This document shows positions 28,308 through 40,300 of a stretch of DNA of 64,000 nt, one piece after another. The position numbers and the translations under genes were made by a program. The DNA comes from an uncultured virus (IMG/VR IMGVR_UViG_3300033170_000462) (taxonomy: Duplodnaviria > Heunggongvirae > Uroviricota > Caudoviricetes). The notes below the pieces were generated by a model. The model was not told where the DNA came from. It did not search any database and worked only from the letters and a program-made list of their open reading frames with translations. Where the stretch lies: the IMG/VR virus record IMGVR_UViG_3300033170_000462; one strand, 5' to 3'. The stretch's first letter is position 1; each line of letters begins with the position of its first letter.

Positions 28308-28378
28308 AAATGGGAAAGTAACGCCACAACTTGTGCCCGATCCGGTGCCGGATGGACCCTGCTTCAGGAGCGCCAGAC

Positions 28379-28420
28379 GCCCGACTTTAACCCCGCTTGC
28401 GGGTTTGGTCGGGCTTTTTT
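28379..28420 (+). terminator. Intrinsic terminator
   Basis: GCCCGAC...GTCGGGC plus TTTTTT. Confidence 0.7.
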
Positions 28421-28438
28421 CGTTTCAGGGATTGCCGC

Positions 28439-28834
28439 ATGGCTCTGGAAATCCGGGATATCAAGCAGGAGTGGGAACGGGTGCGGCCCGGCTTGGCGCA
28501 TGTGGCCCGAGTCTGCCGAGCCTGCTGGAGTCCGGCGGACGTGTACGACGCCTGCCGTCAGGGGCGCGCCGTGTTGTTCATGGACGGCCGCGACTTCTGC
28601 GTTTTGCAGCACCAGACCAACGCCGCCGGAGAGCTGGAGCTGTTCGTCTGGATTACCTACGCGGCCGGGTCTCGAGCACAGGAATACTACCTGCCGCAGA
28701 TCAAGGAAATTGCCCGCAAGCTGGGCGCGGTGCGGCTGGAAACGGCGTCGCCGCGACCGGGGTTTGAACGCCGAGCGGTCCAAACGGGGTGGAAGCTGGT
28801 GACCAAGGTGTATCAGATGGAGGTGGAGCCGTGA
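28439..28834 (+). CDS. Putative GNAT-like internal virion/assembly protein
   Basis: ELFVWITY...IKEIARKLGA...SPRPGFER; precedes the ejection genes. Confidence 0.6.
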   Translation: MALEIRDIKQEWERVRPGLAHVARVCRACWSPADVYDACRQGRAVLFMDGRDFCVLQHQTNAAGELELFVWITYAAGSRAQEYYLPQIKEIARKLGAVRLETASPRPGFERRAVQTGWKLVTKVYQMEVEP

Positions 28835-29412
28835 GCAGTGGGAGCAAAGTAAAAGCCTCCTGGGGCGAGAAGGAGCTGACCAAGATCGCCCAAGAGGAAT
28901 GGTCCTTTTACAAGGACAAGTTCGGCGGCGAAATCGATCCGTTGATTCAGAAGACCATGGACCAGGGCCGGGGCCTGGCCGGGGAAACCCGCATGACCAC
29001 CGAAGCGGTCAGCAACGCCTTTGAGGGGCAGCGAGCAGGTGCCGTGGCTCAGGGGTTGCAGGCCGGGGCCAATGTCAATAGCGGCAAGGTCAAGGCGGGC
29101 TTGGGCAAGTTCGACACGGCCAAGGCGTCGCAAACGGGAAACTCGCTGGCCACGACGCAGCAGGCCCACGAAGCGGAATACGCGACCGACGTGCAAAGCC
29201 TGATCGCGTCCGGGAGGGGGATCGCGTCAGGAGCCCAGCAGGGGCTGGCCATGGCCGGCAATCTGCAGAACCAATCCGCCATTGCCGAGGCGCGGGCCAA
29301 GCAGGCCGCCAGCCAAGCCTGGGGCGACGCGGCCGGAACAGTGGCGGGAGTTGGGGCCGGATATTACGGCCAAAAGCATGGTTGGTTTGACCCGAAAGGG
29401 GGTGCCAAATGA
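28831..29412 (+). CDS. Putative DNA ejection (internal virion) protein
   Basis: A/G/Q-rich helical sequence with a GxxxG C-terminus; GGAGG RBS. Confidence 0.65.
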   Translation: MSSGSKVKASWGEKELTKIAQEEWSFYKDKFGGEIDPLIQKTMDQGRGLAGETRMTTEAVSNAFEGQRAGAVAQGLQAGANVNSGKVKAGLGKFDTAKASQTGNSLATTQQAHEAEYATDVQSLIASGRGIASGAQQGLAMAGNLQNQSAIAEARAKQAASQAWGDAAGTVAGVGAGYYGQKHGWFDPKGGAK

Positions 29413-29957
29413 GTTTCGGCGGGGGTTCGTCTCCAGACAATTCGGCTTCGGACGCACAGGCCCGGATCGCCCGGGAACAGTGGAATCTGTGGCGGGACAA
29501 GTTCGCGCCGCAGGTGGATTCGCTGTTGTCGTATGTGAACGACCCGAACATGGTGCAAAACAACGTGGACCGGGCCACCACGGCGGTCGGCGACGCCTAT
29601 CGGGCGTCTGAGGGATCCACGGCGCGGGCTATCGAACGCTACGGTGCCACGGTCACGCCGGAAGAACAGGCGGCCATGAACAAGGAGCGGGCGCTTTCCA
29701 AATCGCTGGATCTGACCCAGGCCGCCAACGATACCCGAGTAGCCGCGGACGCCCGGCGGGATGCCGTCAAGGCGGGCTTGTTCAATATCGGGCAGGGGGT
29801 GACCAACAGTGCTCAATCGGGTTGGGGCCAGGTGGCGCAGATGCAGTCCAACCGCAACGCTGCCAACTCCGCCAGCGCCGCTTCGGCGGCTTCCAGTAAT
29901 GCCTCGATGGCCGGGGCCGCCGCCAGTATCGGCCTGATGGCCGCCATGATGATGTAG
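29409..29957 (+). CDS. Putative DNA ejection (internal virion) protein
   Basis: A/S/N-rich with a hydrophobic C-terminus; similar layout to the upstream gene. Confidence 0.65.
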   Translation: MSFGGGSSPDNSASDAQARIAREQWNLWRDKFAPQVDSLLSYVNDPNMVQNNVDRATTAVGDAYRASEGSTARAIERYGATVTPEEQAAMNKERALSKSLDLTQAANDTRVAADARRDAVKAGLFNIGQGVTNSAQSGWGQVAQMQSNRNAANSASAASAASSNASMAGAAASIGLMAAMMM

Positions 29958-29967
29958 GGAGGAGACC

Positions 29968-31362
29968 ATGGGTTTCGATCCGGGAGCATTTTCCAACGGC
30001 CTGATGCGCGGGCTGTCCGTGGGCCAGGGCCTGGTGCTGAACGCCGAGAACCGGCAGCGCCAGCAACGCCTGGACGCCGAGCGGACCGAGGACCGCCAGT
30101 TTCAGCGCGGCATGTTGGAGAAGCAGGAGCAACGCGCCGACCAGCAGTTCGCCTGGCAGAAGCGGCAGCAGGAGATGTTCGAAGAGAAGTACCAGGACGA
30201 AAAGCGGGTGCGGGACGATTTCCGCAATCTGGCGTTGATGGAGGCTGCCATTGAGAACGGGTCCTACGATTCGCCGGAGTTCTTTCAGGCGTTCAACTCG
30301 GTCTTCAGCGACATGATCAATGTGGGCGGACCGGATGGGGCCACCAAGACCATTGTGGGCGGGGCCATGACTCCGGACGGCAAGGGCTTTATTCCCCATC
30401 TGCGGGTGACCACGCCGGACGGCAAGAGCTACGAGGCTCCGGCGACCCTGCCGAACCGGGACGCGACGGACACCGATGTCATGGTGGTGCCGTTCAGTCA
30501 GTTCTTCGCCAGCATGGGCGAACGCAAGCAGACGCTGGCCGGGATGTTGAAGGCCAAGCGGGCGCAGCTGGACCCGCAAGGCTACTTCTCCGCCAGGGAC
30601 TCGGCCGCCGCCGAGCAGCGCAAGTATCAGCGGGAAGATCTGGTGGACGAGCGCAAGGCCACGCGGGACCGCGAAGCCGAAGAGCGCAAGAACGCCTTTG
30701 AGCTGCAGAAACAAAATCGGGAATACAGCCTGCGGCACGGCCTGGAGGCGGCCAAGCATCGGAGGGGCGGCAGCAGTGGAACTGGCAAGACCGATCTGAT
30801 TCAGCTGCGCACCGGACGCACGGCGACGTTGGACGATCTGCGCAAGTCCTATGTTGCCAACTACGGCAAGGTCGATGCGAACGGCAACTTAATCGGACTG
30901 GCCGATGGCTCGCCTAGCTATGAGGAGTGGGTCAACAAGCAAGCGGCAGAGCCGGTGTTTTTGGTCGAAGAAAAGCCCGAAGCCGTAGACCCGAGCAGCC
31001 AACGGTATTTGGACGCCAAGAGAAAAGCCGATCAATGGGTCAATTCCAAGGCCGGTCTGTTGTCCTCTGACAAGACCGACTTCGCGGATTACGGGGGAGA
31101 TCGGGAACGCGCACGACGGGCCAAGTTCGAGGAGTTTTACAGGGAACCCGGAGACCATCCGTCCGGCCAGGGCCTGGCCCCTCCACCGCAAAAACCGGTG
31201 GCGAAAAAACCTGCACCGCAGCCGAAAAAACAGGCTCAACCCAAGACGTTGGACCCGAGCAACGCCGAGCACAAGAAGATCGCCCTCGACATTCTCAAAG
31301 AGGCCAAGGGCGACAAAGCCAAGGCCCGGCAGATCGCCAAGCAGCGCGGCTACTCTTTTTAA
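29968..31362 (+). CDS. Putative DNA ejection (internal virion) protein
   Basis: GGAGG RBS; Q/R/E coiled coils; position before the giant gene. Confidence 0.65.
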   Translation: MGFDPGAFSNGLMRGLSVGQGLVLNAENRQRQQRLDAERTEDRQFQRGMLEKQEQRADQQFAWQKRQQEMFEEKYQDEKRVRDDFRNLALMEAAIENGSYDSPEFFQAFNSVFSDMINVGGPDGATKTIVGGAMTPDGKGFIPHLRVTTPDGKSYEAPATLPNRDATDTDVMVVPFSQFFASMGERKQTLAGMLKAKRAQLDPQGYFSARDSAAAEQRKYQREDLVDERKATRDREAEERKNAFELQKQNREYSLRHGLEAAKHRRGGSSGTGKTDLIQLRTGRTATLDDLRKSYVANYGKVDANGNLIGLADGSPSYEEWVNKQAAEPVFLVEEKPEAVDPSSQRYLDAKRKADQWVNSKAGLLSSDKTDFADYGGDRERARRAKFEEFYREPGDHPSGQGLAPPPQKPVAKKPAPQPKKQAQPKTLDPSNAEHKKIALDILKEAKGDKAKARQIAKQRGYSF

Positions 31363-31382
31363 TACGGAAGGACGCCTGACCC

Positions 31383-34300
31383 ATGGCCGATATTTTTGAC
31401 ACTCTGGAACTGCCGAAAGCCCCCGCCGGCAAAGCCCCTGCCGCCCCTTCCGGCGGTGGGGATATTTTTGACCAGGTGGGCTCCGGCACGACCCCCAAGC
31501 AGGGACTGATCCAAAGAGCGGTGAGCTACGGCCTGGATTTGGCGGGCGACCTGAAGAGCGCCGGCAAGCGGGTCCTTCCGGAACTGGTAACCGGTGCGCT
31601 GGCGACGGGAGAGAGCATCAACCTGTTCCTTCAGGACCTCTGGAGCGAGGGCTTTAGCGATCTGAACGCCAAGAACCGCGAGATGACCCTGAAGCTGCGC
31701 GACGATTGGCACGCGGGCAAGCTGACGGAAGAACAGTTCCGGCAGCGCTTTGCCGAGATTCCGAAGCTGCAGCAGACGCCGGGGGTCAAGCGGTCTCTGG
31801 CCCGGCTGCAGGATCTGGATCTGGTGCGCGAGCAGATCCACGAAGAGTTGCCTACCAAAACCACGCCGGGTCGCTGGGTGGCCGGGGCGACCAGCTCCAT
31901 TGCCCACATGGCGCCGGGCTATGCGGTGGGCGCCGCCATGGGTGCGCCGACCATTGCCGCGTCCTTTGCCGGATTGCGGGAGGCTTTCGACTCCTACGGC
32001 GACGCCAGAGCGCGGGGCCGCGAAACGGATGATGCCGTCATGGCCGCGGTGGAGAAGGGCACGGCGGAGGGCCTGTTCGAGCAGGTGCCCACCGATACCC
32101 TGTTCCAGTTGTTCAAGACCAAAGGCAAGAAGGAGTTCGTGCGCAAGTTCGGGGAACTGTTCATTTCGGAGCAGTTGACGGAGATCCCCACCACACTGGC
32201 GCAGGATGCCGCCGATATCTTCTTCAGCGGCAAGCCCAAAACCGAAGCCTCCAAGGACGTGTCCAAGTATTTTTCCAACCAGCCCGTGGAGGTGGACGGC
32301 CGAGTCTATCAAATGGGGCCCAACGTGGTGGAAACCATGGGCACCACGGCCGTGCAGACCGGCCTGATGGGCGGAGCCAAGGCGGCGATTAACCGGGCAA
32401 CTCGGCCACCCAAAGGAAATGGTGAGGAGGGCTCGCCGCCTCCCGGCCCGCAGCCCATCACGGATGAATCACATCTATTGCCAGCCCCTGGGAGTACGGG
32501 GAATGGAAAGAGCGAAAAGGTCATTGATTGGAAGTCGGGGACGGTGGAAAACCGGTTGGCTCCCGGCGTGGTCCCGATCATCCCGCCAGAGAGCCAGAAC
32601 CCCGCCAGGTACAACCTTTATGGCGCGATCGACGATGTGCAAGCTCCGTTGCCCGCTCCGGACCCGACGCGAGCCTCCAACCTGGGGGTGATTGCCGAAC
32701 GAGGCCTGATGGCGGCGACGTCTGCGCCGGTGTTGACCCCGGAAGTGGTGCAGGAAGTGCCGAACACGGCCAGGGTAGTAAGCGAGGCGGGAGGCGTGGA
32801 GGCCATGGCGGAGCCGGTTCCCATCGAAGCCCTGACCGCGCAGCGGGACAAGATCGCCGGGAATGTGTTGAGGCAGGACGGCACGCCGAAGAAGACCGCC
32901 AGCGCCCAAGCTCTGGCGCGGCTGTTTGCCCTGCAGGAGCAGATCGCCACCTTGACACCGGACACGACGCCGGAAGCGCCGGCTACCATGGAGGCGCAGC
33001 TGCAGGCTTTGGTAGAAGGCCGCAAGCCGGCTATGCTGGTGACGCCGGGGGAAACGATGCCGGAGACCCCCGCCGGGTTTAGAACGGCACAGGTTCCCGA
33101 AGGAACCCTGATTTTTTCGCAGGACAACACCCTGAATCTGGCGCGTGCCGGGCAGCTGGGCCGGGCCTTGGGCTACGGCATTGCCGACAAACCGGCAGGC
33201 TCCGAAACCGTGGTGACCGCCAGGGATGAAAAGGGCACGGTCATTCAGGACGTGGTGACCGATGGCAGTCAGGAGGTGCTGGACGCCGCGCAGGACGTGG
33301 CCGGGGAAGAGGGCACGGTGGAAGTGCGCCCGGCTGAGGCTGCGATTGCCGAGCGCGAAGCGGGGCAGGTGGACCATTTTGTTGATGGCAACAAGATGGT
33401 TGAAGAGGACCATGTTGCCGCCCCCGGCAAAATGGTCGAAGAGGATATTTTTGACCAGATCGACACTGCGGATCTACCAAGTGTAGAAACCGTTACGCCC
33501 TCGTCTGCGGAAACACCGCAGGCGGGGGCAGCCTTGGCCCCGGAGCGTCGCGCCTTTGTCGAAAAGAAGGTGCGTGAACTGGGCAGCATCGAGGCGGTGC
33601 AGGCGCAGTATGCTGAAGATGCACCGGTGGATCGGTATGCTCGAGAGTTTGCCAAGAAAGAATTCGGGGAGAAGGAGGCGCCGCAACCGGCAGCAGCCAA
33701 GGGAGCCTTGCCACCCCAGAAGAAAGCTTCCCGGAATCGCGGAGGCAGAACTGTTACCCCCGACCAGCAGGCGAAAATAGCCGAGGTGACAGACCTTTAC
33801 CGTGCTGCCGTCAACAACCCGGATCTTGTTGGCAAGCGGCGGGCCGACACGATAGCCAACCTGCGGCAGCTTACGCAGTTCTGGCAGGCCAACGACCCGG
33901 CCAAGGTGGAAACCGGTTACGAGAACGGCGACCAGGTAGCGTACACCGGGGAAACGGATCAGTATGGCCACCGGAAATATGTCTATCTGGAGGGCCACCG
34001 GGCAGGTTCTGAAGGGTACGCGGCGACCAAGGAGCAGCGTGCCGCCGACGTAGAGAGAACACAACAGGAATGGCGGGAGCAGCAGGAAGGGTTTAAGCGG
34101 GTTCGCGAGACAGAGGCGGGGCGGGTTGCAACTCAACCGCAAGCCCCTCCCGGAGCCAATCAGGAAGCGGTGAGCGACAAGGGAACTGTCAAGGATTCCT
34201 TGTCGGTTCAGCAGAAAGAGCAAGCCCGGGCCGGGCAACCCGAGGCCCCCACCTTTAAAACCAAAGGCGACGAGGCGGCCAAGGTGGGCGATATCGTTCA

Positions 34301-37300
34301 GATGGCTTCAACCCGCCTGGTGCGCATCCTGGCGATCCACCGCAACCAGCCGGACGGAACCAACAGGGTGGTCTTTGAAACAAGTCATATCCTAAAGGAC
34401 GGGACATGGCAGGAGGACGCTGGGCGCAAGACCGACCAGAGAATGGAGTTCGGCGAGTTCCGGAGATTCACCGGCCTCGACGTGGAGGCGGATTCGGCGC
34501 CGCAGGTCAACCCCGACAACAAGGAGTACGGCGCAGACAACAAGGTTTTTACGGCGGACCGCGCCGAGAAAGCCCGCGAAATTCTGCGCAAGAAGCTGAA
34601 TCAGCTGAATACCGGCATCGACCCCGAAATGATTGCGGCCGGTATCGATTTGGCCGGTTACCATGTGGAGGCCGGAGCCCGCACCTTCGCCGCCTATTCC
34701 AAGGCCATGCTGGACGATTTGGGCGAGGCTATTCAGCCGTACCTGAAGTCGTTCTATCTGGCGGTGCGCAACTATCCGGGGTTCGACAACGCCGGCATGG
34801 AGACCGAGGCGGCCATTGAGGCGCGGGCGCAAGAGGTGAAAAAGCCGGCGCAACCCGACGAGGCCGCCGAGGGGATGATCCTGCTAGAAGCCCGCAACCT
34901 GTTGATCGATCTGCGCACTCAGGCCGAAGACCAGGGTTCCACTGTAGACGACCGGCTGTTGAAGAAGATCGGGGAGGCGGAGAAGCTGGTCAAAGATCTG
35001 GAGAGCGAAGGTGCCGCGAAAAAGACGCCCGCCAAAGCTCCCTCTTCCCTGGTGGCCGAAGAGGTCAAGCGGCGGCTGTTGGCCAAGCAGCCTATCACCT
35101 GGCAGGAACTGTTCGCGCTGGCCGACGACGCCTACGGCGGGACGCAGGCCGAAGGCCGTTATGCCGTCAAAGACGCCTATGACGCGCTGGAGTTGGGCAT
35201 CAACCGGGCACTGGCCGACACCCTGACTCTCGATCCGCGGACCGGCGACGCCAAGCATGCCCAAGCCAATGTCGACGCCTTGAAGGCCATGCTGGGCTTG
35301 GTGCCGACCCAGACCAAGCGCACCGCCGAGCAGGATGAATTCCAGCAGTTCTCGACCCCGCCGACCTATGCCTATGTGGCGAACTGGGTCGCCAACCTGC
35401 GGAAAGGGGAGATGGTTCTGGAGCCGTCCGCCGGAGTGGGCGGGCTGGCCGTGTTTGCGCAGAAGGCTGGCGCCAAGGTGGTGGTCAACGAACTGTCGCC
35501 GCGCCGAGCCGATCTGCTGCGCCAGCTGGGCTTTGCCGACGTGCACACGGAAAACGCCGAGCATTTGCACGCCATTTTGGGCCAGACGGTACAGCCGGAC
35601 GTGGTAATCATGAACCCGCCCTTTTCCGCGACGGCGGGCCGGGTGCAGGGCCAGCGCAAGACCGCCATTGGGGCGCAGCACGTGGAGGAAGCGCTGAAGA
35701 TGCTCAAGCCGGGCGGGCGCTTGGTGGCGATTGTTGGCCAAGGCATGGCCCACGATGCGCCGTCTTTCAAGGCTTGGTGGGACCGGATCGGCAAGCAATA
35801 CCATGTGCGGGTCAATATCGGCATCGATGGTGAAGGTTACCGCAAGTACGGCACGACGTTCGATAACCAGTTGCTGGTCATTGACAAGACCGCGCCAAAC
35901 GATAACATCCTAGTAGGGAAGGTGCGGGACATTGCCGAGGTCCCGGCGCTCCTGGAGGGCATTCGCGATGATCGACCGCAAACATCTGAACCTGCTGCAG
36001 CAGCAACGCAACCTGCCGTTGAACCAGACGGCCGCCAAGCTGCTCAAAGAAGCGAAGCAGACGCCGGACCCGGAATTGCTGCCCGTGTTCCAGCTGATGC
36101 TGTGGGGACTGAGCGAGGGGATCGCCTATCCGACCCGGCAGCAAACGGAACTGATGCAGGAAGCGATTCGAACGCTGGCCTACGAGCGCAGCCCCAAAGA
36201 GGCGATGGCGTATCTGATCCGGGACGATCTGGACGAGACAACGCTGACGGCGGAACACCTGCAGGGAAAAGAACCCCTCGCCGCGGCGCAAGAACTGATC
36301 GAAACGCTGGATCTGAAAATGAAGGCCGATCCGAATCTGCCCTATCCGAAGTAAAGGTTGAAGCCAAGACGGCAGAGAAAGCCGGCGGTGCGCTGACCGA
36401 TTCGGTCTATGAACCGTATCGGCCGCAACGTCTGGTGATTCCCGGTGCCAAGGACCATCCCGGCAAGCTGGTGCAAAGCGCCGCCATGGCGTCGGTGGAT
36501 CCGCCCGCCCCGTCCTATACGCCCAATCTCCCCAAAGACGTGATCGAAAAAGGCAAGCTGTCGGTAGCGCAGCTGGAGGCCGTGGTCTATGCCGGGCAGG
36601 CGCATAGCCAGACCCTGCCTGACGGCAGCCGGAGAGGGTTTTTTATCGGCGACGGTTGCGTGGATGCCGAAACGAGGATTTACAACCCGGTAAACGGAAG
36701 CCACACCGCTATAAAAGAACTGGCGGAAGAGGGGAAACCTCATGTTGTTCTGTCGCTAACCAAGGACGGGCTGGTGCCGAAAATGGCTCATGCCCCGTTT
36801 TTAAAGGGAATCGAAAATCTATACCTTGTCGTGCTTGACGATGGCCGAAAAGTCACGGTAACGGACAACCATAAATTCCTCACTCCTTCTGGCTGGATGA
36901 GGATTTGCGACGGTTTAGCTGTAGGGCATTTTCTCGCATGCGTTGAAGGCCATCCGGTGAATAGTTTGGGGTACGGCCAGTCAGTTCATCTTGAAGATGC
37001 TCCGCATTGGTTGAATAGACCTCAAGATTGTCTTGATCATTATTGTCATGCACCCCGTCGCGATGGTGGACAACCTCGTTCTTCTCAAGATATCGACCGA
37101 GTTTCGCCTCCATCACCAGTCTGTGCTCACGAACATAACCGCGACAGTCTGCAAACGGGTGGTCAGGCGCTTTTACCAGAATGTAGCCATCAACGTCCTT
37201 TGTCCGGCCTCCATTCCAGAAATAATTTTTCTCCAGTGGAGCCCCGCGACCCTTCTTCGACTGGACTCCAAGCCGCCGAAGGGCACGCTCGATTGTTGCC

Positions 37301-40300
37301 TGAGACACTCCCAGCTTTGTCGCAATCTCACGTTGAGACAGCATTGCCTCTTCGTTCAGACGAAGGAGTTTGTGATCATCGAGTGGAGCCCGCATCCGAT
37401 TTAACTCACTGCGGGTCCGTGTCGGAACACCACTCTTCTTTAAAAGGCAAGAAACAGTCGGAGGCGTTACGTTGTATTGCTTCGCAATCTCAACGCTTGA
37501 CGATCCCCCCAGATACAGGGCCACAACAAGACCCTCATCCTCTACCGGAATACTCTGGTGCTTCTTTCTCATGGCCCAGCCTCCCGATTAGTGACGATAA
37601 TATTCTTTATAGCAGATGGCACAGGATAACATTAATCAGTTTTGTAAAAAAAGCACCATTTTACGATATGTATGTGCCTGGACCAGAAAACTATGTCGCC
37701 GAAGGTATCGTCCATCACAACACCGGTGTGGGCAAGGGCAGGGAGATCGCCGGCATCATCCTGGACAACTATCGCCAGGGCCGCAAAAAGGCGGTCTGGG
37801 TTTCCGAAACCGGCAAACTGATCAACGATGCGCAACGGGACGGGGAGGGTGTCGGCCTGCCCAAGGGCCTGATCTTCGACCTTTCCAAGCACAAGCTGGG
37901 CACGGAGTTGACCAGCGACAAAGGGGTGCTGTTCACCACCTATTCCACTCTGGGTAGCAACATGGAGGTAGACCGGGGCGGCGGTATCCAGGCCAAGCAG
38001 GGCAAGGCGTCGCGCCTCTCGCAGTTGGTGCAGTGGCTGGGTGCGGACTTCGACGGGGTGATCGTTTTCGACGAAGCCCACAACATGCAGAACAGTACCA
38101 CCCAGAAGGGCAAGCGCGGCATCAAGAAGCCCTCTGCGAGGGGTCTGGCCGGAGTGGAACTGCAACGCCTGCTGCCCAAGGCCCGCATTGTCTACGTTTC
38201 GGCGACCGGAGCGACGTCGGTGGAAAACCTGGGCTTTGCCGCCCGTCTGGGACTGTGGGGCGAGGGCACGCCGTTTGGCAACCGGGAGCAATTCATTTCG
38301 GAGATCAATGCCGCCGGCTTGGCGGCCATGGAGTTGGTGGCCCGCGATCTGAAGGCCATGGGCGGCTATATTGCCCGGTCTCTGGACTATGCCGAGGTGA
38401 CCTATGGGCGGCTGGAACATAAGCTGGACCGGCACCAGCGGGAAGTGTACAACACCCTGGCCCGCTCCTGGCAAACGGTGCTGCAGAACATCCACCAGGC
38501 GCTGACGGCTACCGGTGCGGAGAGCAACGCCAACGCCAAGAGTTCGGCCATGTCGAAGTTCTGGGGCGCCCATCAGAGATTTTTCAACCAGGTCATTACC
38601 TCCATGCAGATGCCTGCGGTGATCCGCTCCATCCACCAGGACCTCCAGGACGGCAAGGCGGTGGTGCTGCAGCTGGTCAATACCAACGAAGCGGTCATGA
38701 ACCGACAGATCGCCAAGGCCGAAGATGCCGCCGATCTGGAAGATCTGGACATGACGCCGCGAGAAGCCCTGATGCAGTATGTGGAAAGGGCCTTCCCGAC
38801 CCAGCAATATGAAGACTACATGGACGAAGAGGGCAACATCCGGTCCAGGCCGGTCTTCGATTCGCGGGGCAATCCGGTGGAGAACCCGGAAGCGACGGCC
38901 TTGCGGGAAAAGCTGTTGGACGAGCTGGGCGCCATCAAGGTTCCAGATGGTCCGCTGGAAATGCTGTTGAACGAGTTCGGCCCGGGCAAGGTGGCGGAAG
39001 TGACCGGCCGGACCCGGCGTCTGGTGCGGGACGAGGACGGCAAGGTGAAGGTGGAGACCTGGAGTCCGTCCAAGGCATCGGCCGACGCCGACGCGTTCAT
39101 GGCGGACAAAAAGCCAATCCTGGTGTTTTCCGAGGCGGGAGGGACCGGGCGCAGCTACCATGCCGATCTGACCAAGAAAAACCAGCGGCCGCGCTCCCAC
39201 TATCTGATCCAGCCAGGCTGGCGCGCCGACAAGGCGGTGCAGGGCTTTGGCCGGACGCACCGCACCAATCAGGCCAGCGCTCCGCATTATGCCCTGGTCA
39301 CCACGGACCTGCAGGGACAGCGCCGCTTTATCTCGTCCATTGCCCGCAAGCTGTCGCAGCTGGGCGCGTTGACCAAAGGACAGCGTGAGACGGGCAGCCA
39401 GGGCATGTTCAGCGAAAAGGACAACCTGGAAAGCCTGTATGCGTCCGACGCGCTGCAAAGGCTGTTCGTGGACATGCACAACGGCAAGGCGGAGGGGCTG
39501 GTCTTCGGGGATATTCTGAACAAGATGGGCTATGCCACCGTGGATGCCGACGGCACGGTATCGACCCGGCTGCTGGACGACAACGGCAACCTCAACACCG
39601 GGTCCCTGCCGGAGATTCCGAACTTCTTGAATCGGATCCTGTCGTTGGAGATCGACGATCAGAACCGGGTGTTCGAGGCGTTTTCGGAACGGTTGGAGCA
39701 GAATATTGAAGCGGCGAACGCCAACGGCACCCTGGAAACGGGGATGGAGAATTATCGGGCCGACAAGGTGGCCTTCAAATCGGAACAGACCGTCTATGTG
39801 CAGCCGGAGAGCGGCGCGGAAACCAAGTATGTCGAATTGGAAGCGTCGCACAAAATAACCTTCGTGCCCTTCGAGCAGGCGCAGAAGGAAAAGGGGCACC
39901 TGGGTTTTTATCGGAACAAGCGCAGCGGGCAGCTGTGGGCGGTGCGCGAATACGGCAGCAAGACCTTCAGTGACGGACGGGTCGCCAACCAATACCGCCT
40001 GCAGGGGCCGGCGCAGCATCAAGGCCAGGTCCTGACCGAAGACAAGTTCCAGCCGGAAGCGCCGCGCTATCGAGAATGGAACTGGGAAAAGATCGAAGCG
40101 GAACAGGCGCGTTCCGAATGGGACACCGCGCTGCAGACCGCTGACCCCTACCGTCAGGAGCCGTTGCATCTGATCACCGGCGCGATCCTGCCCATCTGGG
40201 ACCGGCTGCCGCAGGGTGCCATGAAGGTGGTGCGTGTGCAGACGGATGACGGCCAGCGCTATCTGGGCCGGTTGCTGGATTCCCGGCACGTCAACGCGAC

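Larger units (their letters stand above)
36657..37721 (+). mobile_element. Intein (355 aa, residues 1759-2113) in the helicase Walker A motif
   Basis: Block A CVDAETRI, block B TVTDNHKFLT, block F FYDMYVPGPENYVAEG, block G IVHHN followed by Thr(+1). Removal restores GDGTGVGKGR. Confidence 0.95.

Noticed and set aside
33370..33460. DHFVDGNKMV/DHVAAPGKMV and DIFDQ mini-repeats in the giant protein as a distinct domain
   Set aside because: Too short and degenerate to support a functional call.
36950..37600. Degenerate in-frame LAGLIDADG domain in the intein
   Set aside because: No LAGLIDADG-like blocks in the sense frame; the coding signal is on the antisense strand.
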